A stretch of DNA of 16,516 bases from Nanobdellota archaeon (GCA_020697515.1 JAIXNB010000023.1:1-16516), one strand, 5' to 3'; positions 6,429 through 14,516 are shown, numbered from the stretch's first letter. Numbers and translations are program-made. Notes: a model not told the origin generated them from the sequence alone.

Positions 6429-8237
6429 TTATTCGTGTACTATCTTAGATAATTCTTCGGGGTTGGAATAATATAGCTCAATATACTTCGCCACATCTTC
6501 ATAGTACCTAATTTTATTTTTCCATAAATATTCTAATATCTTGGCTTTGAACTTCAAATTAGTTTGTAGTTCCTTTTCAGTCCAATTCCTGAACTCCATA
6601 ATCTCTTTTAATAGAACAGATTCTCGCGAAATGAATGTGTCATCTTTGGGATTCCACTCAAAAGATATTACTCTATCTACATCTTTCTTTCTTTTATTCC
6701 AACGTACAATCTCATAAATTTTATCCACTCTCCTAACATATTTATTATGATATTTTACTCTCTTTAGAAATACTACAGCATCTAATACTTCTAACAAGAC
6801 TGGGGGGAGATTTATGGGAGGGGAGATTAATCTATCTATTAATGCTTCAAAAGTATCTGCGTGTATAGTACCTAAGCCCGGGTGACCTGTTGCCATTGCT
6901 TGGAAGAGTATGTATGCTTCCGGCCCTCTAACTTCACCTACGATTATATAATCTGGTCTTTGTCTTAATGCAGCTTTCAATAAATCTACTAAGGTTACTT
7001 CTCCATACCCTTTTGGTCCAAATCCTGATCTAGAAACCTCCGCCAACCAGTTAGGGTGAGGAAGTTTTAATTCAGGTGTATCCTCAATAGAAACTATCTT
7101 CTTTTCCGGTTTAATAAATAATGATATTGCATTTAAGAAGGAGGTTTTACCTGTAGCGGTACCACCCGAAATTAATATAGATTTCCCTTCTTCAACAAGA
7201 GTCCATATATATGATAATAAACCCATATCGGCAGTTCCATAATTTATTAGGTCTATAGGTGTGAAAGGGTCTTTTGAGAACTTTCTTATTGTAAATGTAG
7301 ATCCTTTCCTGGAGATATCTCTTCCATAGGTAATTTGGATTCTAGAGCCATCTGGTAGGATACCATCTAGTAACGGATGGGCGACAGAAAGAGATCTTCC
7401 TGTTCTTAAAGCAAGCTTCATAACAAATGAATCTAACTCCTCATCCGATGTAAAAACTATGTTGGTCTGTATCTCTCCTATATATGGATTTCTATGGAAG
7501 ATAAATATAGGGATATTTACTCCATTACAAGATATATCTTCTATTTTGGGATCGTTCATGAGAGGATCTATTTTTCCGTATCCAATAGTATCTCTAAGGA
7601 TGTAATATTTAACATATGGCTCATATTTTGATGGGATATTAACACCATATTCATCCCATATTTGATCCACTTTTCTAAGAACATAATCTTTAACTACCGA
7701 GGGATCTCTTAGAGAATCCAATGGTACATCTAGGCGATCCTCTAACTTATGAATAGTTTGTTTGATTATGTTATTGAGATTCTCATCTAACCTAGGCTCG
7801 ATAACATAATAAATAAGGGACTTTCTGTTGTCATCCCAAGATATCTTAGCATAGGCAAATATATATTCTTTTCCATCTAAGGTATATTTTGTCACAGGAT
7901 ACACTATATTAATCTCTCTTTCGCTTGAAGCTGCTAGATCAAGGTAAAAATATATTTTCTCCCTTTCTGTAAACTTTGGAGTAGATATCTTGGGAATTGA
8001 GATCCCTGTTTTAGGCTTTTTCTTTTTTTTACGTTTCTTATAAATTTGAAATTTCGGAAAATTTTGAATACTCATGTTTGGAGAAAAACTAACTGGGGGA
8101 GTAATTGGTACTGGCGCTATTATGTTCACATTTTCGGGGAAAATATATGTTCTTTCTTTACGTCTTTTTATTTTCTTTTTTATAAGGTTTTCTTTAGCCA
8201 AACGTTCTACAATTTTCTCTATAAATCTATCTATCAT
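6429..8237 (-). CDS. FlaI/PilB-family (GspE superfamily) type IV filament assembly ATPase with an N-terminal extension
   Basis: Motifs seen: Walker A GGTATGKT (7143-7166); Asp box IVSIEDTPEL; Walker B RPDYIIVGEVRG; His box GHPGLGTIHA; archaeal FlaI-type N-domain (VYPV...YYVIEPRL). The first roughly 95 aa, including KKRKKKKKPKTG, are extra. The start overlaps the upstream stop in TAATG. Confidence 0.88.
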   Translation of the reverse strand: MIDRFIEKIVERLAKENLIKKKIKRRKERTYIFPENVNIIAPVPITPPVSFSPNMSIQNFPKFQIYKKRKKKKKPKTGISIPKISTPKFTEREKIYFYLDLAASSEREINIVYPVTKYTLDGKEYIFAYAKISWDDNRKSLIYYVIEPRLDENLNNIIKQTIHKLEDRLDVPLDSLRDPSVVKDYVLRKVDQIWDEYGVNIPSKYEPYVKYYILRDTIGYGKIDPLMNDPKIEDISCNGVNIPIFIFHRNPYIGEIQTNIVFTSDEELDSFVMKLALRTGRSLSVAHPLLDGILPDGSRIQITYGRDISRKGSTFTIRKFSKDPFTPIDLINYGTADMGLLSYIWTLVEEGKSILISGGTATGKTSFLNAISLFIKPEKKIVSIEDTPELKLPHPNWLAEVSRSGFGPKGYGEVTLVDLLKAALRQRPDYIIVGEVRGPEAYILFQAMATGHPGLGTIHADTFEALIDRLISPPINLPPVLLEVLDAVVFLKRVKYHNKYVRRVDKIYEIVRWNKRKKDVDRVISFEWNPKDDTFISRESVLLKEIMEFRNWTEKELQTNLKFKAKILEYLWKNKIRYYEDVAKYIELYYSNPEELSKIVHE

Positions 8238-8596
8238 TATATTATATATATTATACCATTTTTGTTATAAAAATATACTTTCCCATAACCTACACCTTTT
8301 GTGTTATTAACTGCAATCTCAGTAGAATCAGCTTCAATATTTATCGTAAGGCCATCAAAGTTCCCAATAATCCATGTATTTTTGAAATCAGACAAATCTA
8401 GAATGATTGTCGAGTTTTTGAATGACAAAGAAGTTATATATGCTAAGAATATCTTGTTTTTTATTTCTTCGACAAGCATTTTGTCTAGGGATGAAAATGA
8501 ATTCTTTTGTAAGGCTAAAAATAGATTAATTATTGAAACAGATATAATAAAAAGAATAAAGAAAATGAATGCTGCCTCAACAGTTTCAGATGGCAT
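8237..8596 (-). CDS. Small N-terminally anchored protein, possible minor pilin or pilus accessory protein
   Basis: 119 aa with N-terminal hydrophobic segment EAAFIFFILFIISVSIINLFLAL followed by a beta-rich region. It is tightly coupled in the operon, 3 nt after the upstream stop and with a TAATG overlap onto the ATPase. The cleavage motif is non-canonical. Confidence 0.45.
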   Translation of the reverse strand: MPSETVEAAFIFFILFIISVSIINLFLALQKNSFSSLDKMLVEEIKNKIFLAYITSLSFKNSTIILDLSDFKNTWIIGNFDGLTINIEADSTEIAVNNTKGVGYGKVYFYNKNGIIYII

Positions 8597-8599
8597 CAG

Positions 8600-9451
8600 C
8601 TATCGTATAGAGACTGCTACAATCTTCTCTTCTAGATAATCACATATTGTAGATTTTGCTGAGTAATCTTTTATTTTAGAATCTGTGAACTTTATGTTAA
8701 ATGTAACTGTTCCCTCTCCAGATACTCCTGTTTGCCCCTGAGGTATAATTTTAATCCATATACACTTTCTAGTTTGAGGGTCTAATAGTGGTCTACAAGA
8801 TAAATCATATGTTATCACTTGGCTATCTCCTGAACCAGAAACCAAAGCATTAACTAAACATGGTGGATTATCTTCAAATCCTAAATAACCTACATTTCCT
8901 TTCCATATAAAGGTATATCTAACGCCATCCCACGTTATATCAAAGACATAAACCTGCACAATAATATCTTTGTGGTTGCCTTTTGGCAAGATAATTGTTT
9001 TGTTATAAAATAGATCTTTTATTATTAAATGAGTATTATTTGCAGTGGCTAGTAACTTTTTATTGCCACATAAGTACACAGAACTACCGGGAGATACTGT
9101 ATTATTTGAACTACATTTAAAAAAGAACTTATAATTTATTGGCACTAAATTATAATTACTTGCATATATAGCTAAAGGAATCTCAATAGTATATGAAATT
9201 TTATTGCTACTAATTTCTAATCTCCCACTATATAAAAAATCAAGAGATTTATCTATACCCTTCAGACCGGCCTCCCCTATAAAATCTGCTAGTCTCGATA
9301 GCTGTAATTCCACAGAACTAACAGCCTCTACAGCCCTACTTTTTTCCATAACAGGAACACCCCAAAAATAAACACCAAGTGTTATTCCAGTTATCAACGC
9401 TGCTAGCGCTACATACCCTATTATCTGTGATTGTGATCTAGACAGTCTCAT
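8600..9451 (-). CDS. Pilin-like or pilus-associated secreted protein with an N-terminal hydrophobic helix
   Basis: 283 aa. N-terminus MRLSRSQSQIIGYVALAALITGITLGVYFW is a class III-like signal, non-canonical with Ser rather than Gly/Ala before the helix. The mature domain is beta-rich with 6 Cys and several N-x-S/T sequons. It starts 4 nt after the upstream pilin stop. Confidence 0.5.
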   Translation of the reverse strand: MRLSRSQSQIIGYVALAALITGITLGVYFWGVPVMEKSRAVEAVSSVELQLSRLADFIGEAGLKGIDKSLDFLYSGRLEISSNKISYTIEIPLAIYASNYNLVPINYKFFFKCSSNNTVSPGSSVYLCGNKKLLATANNTHLIIKDLFYNKTIILPKGNHKDIIVQVYVFDITWDGVRYTFIWKGNVGYLGFEDNPPCLVNALVSGSGDSQVITYDLSCRPLLDPQTRKCIWIKIIPQGQTGVSGEGTVTFNIKFTDSKIKDYSAKSTICDYLEEKIVAVSIR

Positions 9452-9455
9452 CTCT

Positions 9456-9917
9456 CTATTTTCTCAAAGTATTTTGTGCAGTTACACCTTTGTATGTTGC
9501 AATTATTACATAATATTTATTTTTGAGATCCAACCTGGGAGTTTTTATCTCACAATTTGTGTCTCCATTTGGGGATACTTGTTTCGGATTACACGTAGGC
9601 TTACCATTTATAATTACTGCCTTTTCAAAGCTTTCAGATACCTTATCATATTGCTCTACAGTAACTTTAAGCTCTTCAGTATTGATAGGGACTGTACCCG
9701 CGTTAGCTAATACAAATTTTAAGTTACTACCATCGTATGCAGCATAGCTTATTGTAAACCGAGGTCTTTGTAATTGGTGAACTTGTTGCTGGGTTTGAGT
9801 TTGGAGGTTCTGTACAAAATTCTGCATCCATATGAACGTAAATGCTGCAATACCTACCGTCATCACTATCAAAAGAATAACTGCGATAACTGGGGTAATT
9901 GCTTTCTTACTCCTCAT
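9456..9917 (-). CDS. Archaeal type IV prepilin (Pilin_N / DUF1628-type N-terminus), probable major subunit
   Basis: N-terminus MRSKKA-ITPVIAVILLIVMTVGIAAFTFIW matches the archaeal pilin N-terminal consensus ((R/K)(A/G)-(V/I)(S/T)PVI..IL...TV). A beta-sandwich-like region follows (LKFVLANAGTVPINTEELKVTV), plus a C-x12-C pair. It is the first gene of the operon. Confidence 0.75.
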   Translation of the reverse strand: MRSKKAITPVIAVILLIVMTVGIAAFTFIWMQNFVQNLQTQTQQQVHQLQRPRFTISYAAYDGSNLKFVLANAGTVPINTEELKVTVEQYDKVSESFEKAVIINGKPTCNPKQVSPNGDTNCEIKTPRLDLKNKYYVIIATYKGVTAQNTLRK

Positions 9918-9940
9918 TACATACCTTTAATTTTCAATAC

Positions 9941-9950
9941 TTTTAAATTT
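9941..9950 (-). promoter_or_regulatory. TATA-like box for the pilus operon
   Basis: Minus-strand AAATTTAAAA is centred about 28 nt upstream of the ATG at 9917. Confidence 0.4.
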
Positions 9951-10044
9951 TTAGATACATAGATTGCAACTTGTTTTCCTTAATGCAAAACGTATCATTA
10001 CTATTTAGAATATTTAAAGATGTCCTTAATCCGGTTTTTGATTA

Positions 10045-10056
10045 TTTTGATCAAAA
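10045..10056. repeat. Perfect 12-nt palindrome TTTTGATCAAAA, with an adjacent TTTTGAT direct repeat at 10036-10042
   Basis: Read directly from the sequence. It lies in the unusually long 248-nt spacer upstream of the pilus operon and could be a dimeric regulator site. In AT-rich DNA it could also arise by chance. Confidence 0.2.
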
Positions 10057-10165
10057 TTAATATTTTACTTAGGTAAACATGAACACCAATTTCTAGTTAG
10101 TATCAAAAAATAACCGTAGTAGCCGGAATAGTTACTTTCTTATTTCCCTTTCCCTAATCTAACTT

Positions 10166-10765
10166 TCACCTAAAATGTTGCCCCTGAGGGGGTACTGGAG
10201 GAAATGGTGGCCTTATAGGAGGTGGTACTATTTTCTTAATATTACTTTGGGAATGAGTGGTATTAGTACTTTTAATACTTTCTATAGATTTTGATAACTT
10301 ATCTAAAGCTTCAGCAATCTTTAAGTTTATTTTCTCCAAATCTTCTAACTTTTTCAATAACTCATTATTGCCTTCCTCTTTTTTAGATTCTTTTTTTGTA
10401 TTCATCTTCTCCATATACTCAATTGCAGCTTCCTCGAATATTTCTACCAGTTTATGAATACCCTTATTAAGCTCATGGGTACTTACTACTAACTCTGCTA
10501 TTTTGGACTGCAATTCTATATTGGTTCTAATAAGAGAATTGATAATTTCCTGATTAGTCTTTGCATAGTCAATTAAAACTCTAATGAGGTGATCATCCTC
10601 AGAGTGTTGATGATCTTGTGGTATATTGTTATTTATATTTTCATGTGTTTTTATAGCAAGTTCTTCTTTTAGAGATTTTAGGTATTGCTTTAGTTCTTCT
10701 ACTTCAGATTCTAATTTTCTAATAGGATCTATTGGTACAAGTTCGTACTCTTCTGACATAATCAT
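10166..10765 (-). CDS. Hypothetical coiled-coil protein with a proline-rich C-terminal tail
   Basis: 199 aa with no TM segment or signal peptide. It is acidic and heptad-rich throughout, with a His/Asp patch (QDHQHSEDDH). The C-terminus is KKIVPPPIRPPFPPVPPQGQHFR. A second ATG at 10759 is better spaced (27 nt) from the TATA-like CTATTTAAG at 10782-10790. Confidence 0.5.
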   Translation of the reverse strand: MIMSEEYELVPIDPIRKLESEVEELKQYLKSLKEELAIKTHENINNNIPQDHQHSEDDHLIRVLIDYAKTNQEIINSLIRTNIELQSKIAELVVSTHELNKGIHKLVEIFEEAAIEYMEKMNTKKESKKEEGNNELLKKLEDLEKINLKIAEALDKLSKSIESIKSTNTTHSQSNIKKIVPPPIRPPFPPVPPQGQHFR

Positions 10766-10826
10766 TAGTTTGATTTTGTCTCTTAAATAGGTTTGTTAAA
10801 CAAAAAGGTTTATCAGAAGTATTGTT

Positions 10827-10844
10827 AAAAAATTAAGAAAAAGA
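10827..10844 (-). terminator. Oligo-T termination signal after the thermosome gene
   Basis: The minus strand immediately after the TAA stop reads TC-TTTTT-C-TTAA-TTTTTT. Archaeal RNA polymerase terminates at oligo-T tracts. Confidence 0.4.
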
Positions 10845-12485
10845 TTAATCAAACTCTAAATCTTCTTCACCTCCGACACCTCCTTTACCACCCTCACCTT
10901 CTTTCCTTACTGCAGCAATCACATCATCTATTTTCAGGATCATATTTGCTGCTTCAGTTGCAGACTTTATAGCTTGTGTGGTAACATTAGCTGGTTCTAT
11001 TACATTTAATTCCCACATATCTGCAACTTTAGAGTTGATAGCATCTACACCATACCATATCTTTCCTTGTTCATGGGCAGCTCTCAACTCTGCCATTACC
11101 TCTATGGTATCCATACCTGCATTTTCGGCTAATGCGGCAGGTATAGCTTCTAAAGCGTCTGCAAATGCTAACATAGCTAATTGTATTTTAGATGGATGCT
11201 TCTTAGCTTCTTCCCTCAATCTTCTAGCTAGTTCTACCTCAATTGCACCACCACCAGCAATAACTTTTCCATACTTAATTACTGTAGCTACATCCTTAAT
11301 TGCATCCTGTATAGATCTTTCTATTTCATCTGCAACATGTTCAGAACCTGCTCTTATTAATATAGTCACCGCTCTTGGGTTTTTACATCCAGTTACAAAT
11401 ATCATATTCTCATCTGCAACCTTCTTCTCTTCTACTAGTTCAGCATGTCCTAAATCTTCTGCAGATAGGTCATCTATAGATGTTACTATCCTTGCTCCAG
11501 TAGCCTTAGCCAATTTCTCCATATCTGATTTTTTAACTCTTCTAACAGCTAGAATTCCGTATTTAGCTAAATAATGTGCTGCTAGATCATCTATACCTTT
11601 TTGTACAAACACAACATTTGCTCCTATTTCTTTTATTTTATCCACCATTTTCTTTATCATTTCTTGCTCTTTTCTTAGGAATGCTTCTAACTGCTCTGGA
11701 GAGGTTATATTTATTCTGGCATCTGTCTCTGTTTCTTTTACTTCCAGAGCATCATTAATTAATGCTATCTTAGCATCTCTAACTACTTTTGGCATTCCTG
11801 GATGTACTCTCTCTTTATCTATTACAACACCGTCTATTAATTCTGTATTCTCTATCCCTCCTCCAACTCTCTTTTCTATCTTTATAGCATCTAGATCAAC
11901 TATTAATTTGCCTACTTCCTCATAGGTTACTTTTCTCACAGCATCTACAACAAGGCTTGCAATTTTATCAGCATACATACCTGCAATTTTTGAAGATAAA
12001 GCTGATTTTGCAACTTTTTTAAGAGTTTCAACATCATCTATAGATACATCCTTAGCAATTTTGCCAACTTCTCCTTCAACAAATTGCATAGCCCTCTTAT
12101 AACCCTCAATAATTATAGTGGGGTGAATATTCTTTTCTAATAGTTCTTCAGCTTGTCTTAATAATTCTCCGGCTAAGACAACGGATCTTTTTGTACCGTC
12201 TCCAACTTCTTTATCCTGGGTTTTGGCTATTTCGATAATTAACTTTGCAGCAGGGTGTTCTACTTGCATCTCATCTAAAATGGTTGCACCATCATTTGTA
12301 ACAGTTATATCTCCTAATTCGTCAACTAACATTTTATCCATTCCTCTTGGACCTAATGAGGTTTTTAGTATCTCTCCAATTATAATTGCAGCCATAATGT
12401 TAGATCTTAATGCATCTCTGCCTACTGTTCTTGTATACTTCTCTGGTAGCACTAATATGGGGTATAATGTTTTTGGCTCAGCCAT
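10845..12485 (-). CDS. ths: Thermosome subunit (group II chaperonin, CCT/TCP-1 family)
   Basis: Motifs seen: [31 protein letters not shown] and a Gly-rich C-terminal tail. The start is placed at ATG 12485 (MAEPKTL...). The ORF-track start at 12500 is a TTG lying only about 10 nt from the TATA box. Confidence 0.95.
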   Translation of the reverse strand: MAEPKTLYPILVLPEKYTRTVGRDALRSNIMAAIIIGEILKTSLGPRGMDKMLVDELGDITVTNDGATILDEMQVEHPAAKLIIEIAKTQDKEVGDGTKRSVVLAGELLRQAEELLEKNIHPTIIIEGYKRAMQFVEGEVGKIAKDVSIDDVETLKKVAKSALSSKIAGMYADKIASLVVDAVRKVTYEEVGKLIVDLDAIKIEKRVGGGIENTELIDGVVIDKERVHPGMPKVVRDAKIALINDALEVKETETDARINITSPEQLEAFLRKEQEMIKKMVDKIKEIGANVVFVQKGIDDLAAHYLAKYGILAVRRVKKSDMEKLAKATGARIVTSIDDLSAEDLGHAELVEEKKVADENMIFVTGCKNPRAVTILIRAGSEHVADEIERSIQDAIKDVATVIKYGKVIAGGGAIEVELARRLREEAKKHPSKIQLAMLAFADALEAIPAALAENAGMDTIEVMAELRAAHEQGKIWYGVDAINSKVADMWELNVIEPANVTTQAIKSATEAANMILKIDDVIAAVRKEGEGGKGGVGGEEDLEFD

Positions 12486-12505
12486 TGTAAAAATATACAA
12501 ATAAT

Positions 12506-12515
12506 CTTTATAAAG
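12506..12515 (-). promoter_or_regulatory. TATA box for the thermosome gene
   Basis: Palindromic CTTTATAAAG is centred about 26 nt upstream of ATG 12485. Confidence 0.45.
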
Positions 12516-12646
12516 TATAGTTAGAAAATCTCGTCAAATCTGGCTGATTTTATTTTATATAGTAACCTAAAATATAAAAAAGTAAGAATCTATTGATTAT
12601 ATATATCTAGGTTAGATAATATACTTATCATCTATTTAATTTATAG

Positions 12647-13165
12647 CTAATTCCTGCTATTTTTCCTTTTTTTAGTAACAATATTTATAATATCTATTAT
12701 ACTCTCAACTACCTCGTTGGGGTCTTTTGAGGTAGTATCAAAAATGTAGTATTGTTTTTTTTCATATTCCAACTCATCTTCTATTACTTCAAGGTTCATA
12801 GCCCATATATTTTCAAATATTTTGTGATACGGATAATCTCTCTCCTTTAATCTCTTATATAATTCATTAGGATCGGTTTTTAGAACTACATAAATATCTA
12901 CAACATCTTTTGGTAGTAAATGAGCAAAGGTACTTTCTATAATATAATTTCCGGGATTCTTTTTTATATACTCTGTAATATCTTTTATCACCTTATCCTC
13001 ATCAACAATATATGTTTGAAGAGCATTATCGTAATATAGTACATATCTTTTTTTCATAGCATAACCAGTGAGATTTATATAAATTGCTCCAATTTTCTTG
13101 GATAGTATTTTGGCTATTGTAGTTTTACCCGTACCTGGAACTCCAGTTATAACTATAACTGCCAT
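12647..13165 (-). CDS. Fap7/AK6-like P-loop nucleoside kinase/NTPase (putative adenylate kinase)
   Basis: Motifs seen: P-loop ITGVPGTGKTT near the N-terminus, then (I.ES.FAHLLP.D..D...VL...P..LY.RL..R.Y...K..ENI.A), typical of archaeal Fap7-type kinases. The start is placed at ATG 13165. The track start at 13183 is a TTG. A TATA-like ATATAAAAAATAAA (13186-13199) lies about 28-30 nt upstream of 13165. Confidence 0.6.
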   Translation of the reverse strand: MAVIVITGVPGTGKTTIAKILSKKIGAIYINLTGYAMKKRYVLYYDNALQTYIVDEDKVIKDITEYIKKNPGNYIIESTFAHLLPKDVVDIYVVLKTDPNELYKRLKERDYPYHKIFENIWAMNLEVIEDELEYEKKQYYIFDTTSKDPNEVVESIIDIINIVTKKRKNSRN

Positions 13166-13226
13166 AAGTAAATTATGCGCCAAAGTTTATTTTTTATATC
13201 CTATGATAAACTGTCGGTAGTTAAAT

Positions 13227-13760
13227 TTATCTTGTTATAATATCTGGTAAATATTTATCTGCTAATTTGGTTGCAATCCATATAAAAGGAAAACCAAGGA
13301 ATATAGCCATTATTGAATCTAAATTTAGTTCAATTCCTGTATACTCAGAATATATTAGTACTGTAAGCATAATCTGGAAATATGCAACATACTTTACCCT
13401 ACCCAGAATTTTAGCAACTGGTCTCCTTTTTATAGAAATGTATGTAACATAAAGGCCATAAAGCATTAGGAGTATTGCTAACAGCAGCTTTATTATTGAG
13501 AATGAAATGTTGCCCGAAACCATCTGTCTTATCCAATCTAAGCTCACATAGGATGTTATAACACCATTTGTTGCAGCGTTACCTAAAGATGTTTCTTGTT
13601 TTTCTTGGAAATATTCAGTTACAAACCATGTTAGGTAAATAGGAATAGTTATCCATACTATTGTCGGATTTGTTATAGATATTATAAGCATATTTAGCCA
13701 TTTTTGGAGTAGATACCATAAATATTGAGATATTTGAGATAATATTTCTGTAAGGTACAT
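13227..13760 (-). CDS. Hypothetical integral membrane protein (about 4-5 predicted TM segments)
   Basis: 177 aa with several hydrophobic stretches of 20 or more aa (IVWITIPIYLTWFV, IIKLLLAILLMLYGLYVTYI, VAYFQIMLTVLIY, IMAIFLGFPFIWIA). No family was recognised. A TATA-like TTTAATATTT lies about 29 nt upstream of the ATG. Confidence 0.5.
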   Translation of the reverse strand: MYLTEILSQISQYLWYLLQKWLNMLIISITNPTIVWITIPIYLTWFVTEYFQEKQETSLGNAATNGVITSYVSLDWIRQMVSGNISFSIIKLLLAILLMLYGLYVTYISIKRRPVAKILGRVKYVAYFQIMLTVLIYSEYTGIELNLDSIMAIFLGFPFIWIATKLADKYLPDIITR

Positions 13761-13797
13761 AAATGATTTATCTGTATAAGATGAAATATTAAACTTT

Positions 13798-14487
13798 CTA
13801 TTCTTCCTCTAAATAATATTTGCAGTAAGTTTTTATTGGACAAGTCTTACAATTAGGGTTTGTAGGTCTACAGATATTTCTACCAAACTTCACGAGAATG
13901 TAGTTTACTTTCCCCCACCATTTTTGCGGAATAATTTTATATAACTCTTTCTCAGTTTGATGAGGGGTTTTTGTGTTTACCCATCCAAGTCTATTTGCTA
14001 TTCTATGAACATGGGTATCAACTGCTATGACAGTTTTCCCACAAACCAAATTTAGATAAACATTCATAACTTTTCGCCCTACTCCTGGTAAGCTTAAAAG
14101 CCAACCTTCCTCACAAAATACACAATCTTTGTATCTCTTTAAGTAATCCTCTTTGGAGACTATACCTACTCTTCTACATCTTTCAATCCACTTCCTAGCG
14201 ATTTCCTTTATCCATTTGACTTTATTTGTTGCTAACCCAGTTTTTCTTAGGATATTAAATAATTCCTTGTTAGATAAATTTAGGACATCCCATGGTGTTT
14301 TTGCCTTATTATATAGTTCAAAAACTGATTTGAGTGTTTGTTCTTCTTTAGTCCTTATAGATATAACAGTAGCTATAAGCACCCAAAAAGGATCTTTAGT
14401 TACTTCCCAAACTTTGGGAACTGCTAGATCATCATTAATATTTTCAACAGTTTGCTCCAGAATATCCAAAATGTTCTCTATGTTCAT
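13798..14487 (-). CDS. nth: Endonuclease III (HhH-GPD DNA glycosylase/AP lyase with a 4Fe-4S cluster)
   Basis: Motifs seen: HhH motif LPGVGRKVMNVYL with the catalytic Lys; VDTHVHRIANRLGW with the catalytic Asp; C-terminal C-x6-C-x2-C-x5-C (CRPTNPNCKTCPIKTYC). Confidence 0.88.
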   Translation of the reverse strand: MNIENILDILEQTVENINDDLAVPKVWEVTKDPFWVLIATVISIRTKEEQTLKSVFELYNKAKTPWDVLNLSNKELFNILRKTGLATNKVKWIKEIARKWIERCRRVGIVSKEDYLKRYKDCVFCEEGWLLSLPGVGRKVMNVYLNLVCGKTVIAVDTHVHRIANRLGWVNTKTPHQTEKELYKIIPQKWWGKVNYILVKFGRNICRPTNPNCKTCPIKTYCKYYLEEE

Positions 14488-14502
14488 ACACTGAAAGGTA
14501 AG

Positions 14503-14516
14503 TTATTAAAATATTT
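14503..14516. promoter_or_regulatory. Shared AT-rich box in the 44-nt divergent spacer between nth and aIF5A
   Basis: TTATTAAAATATTT could supply overlapping TATA boxes for both directions. TTATTAAA would serve ATG 14532 and, on the minus strand, AAATATTT would serve ATG 14487. Each is about 25 nt from its start codon. Confidence 0.3.

Noticed and set aside
8301-8639. A 112-aa plus-strand ORF (GTG start) antisense to the 119-aa pilus-operon gene, together with plus-strand ORFs at 8046-8270, 8074-8310, 9474-9710, 9523-9747 and 9774-9962.
   Set aside because: The minus-strand genes form a tightly coupled operon with pilin-like N-termini. The plus-strand ORFs have no promoter context or motifs, and several use non-ATG starts. 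They are typical antisense shadows.
10978-11574. A 198-aa plus-strand ORF, plus the ORFs at 11576-11758 and 12223-12504, all antisense to the thermosome gene.
   Set aside because: These are shadow ORFs of a strongly supported, highly conserved gene. Their products are low-complexity (Ser/Ala/Ile-rich) with no motifs.
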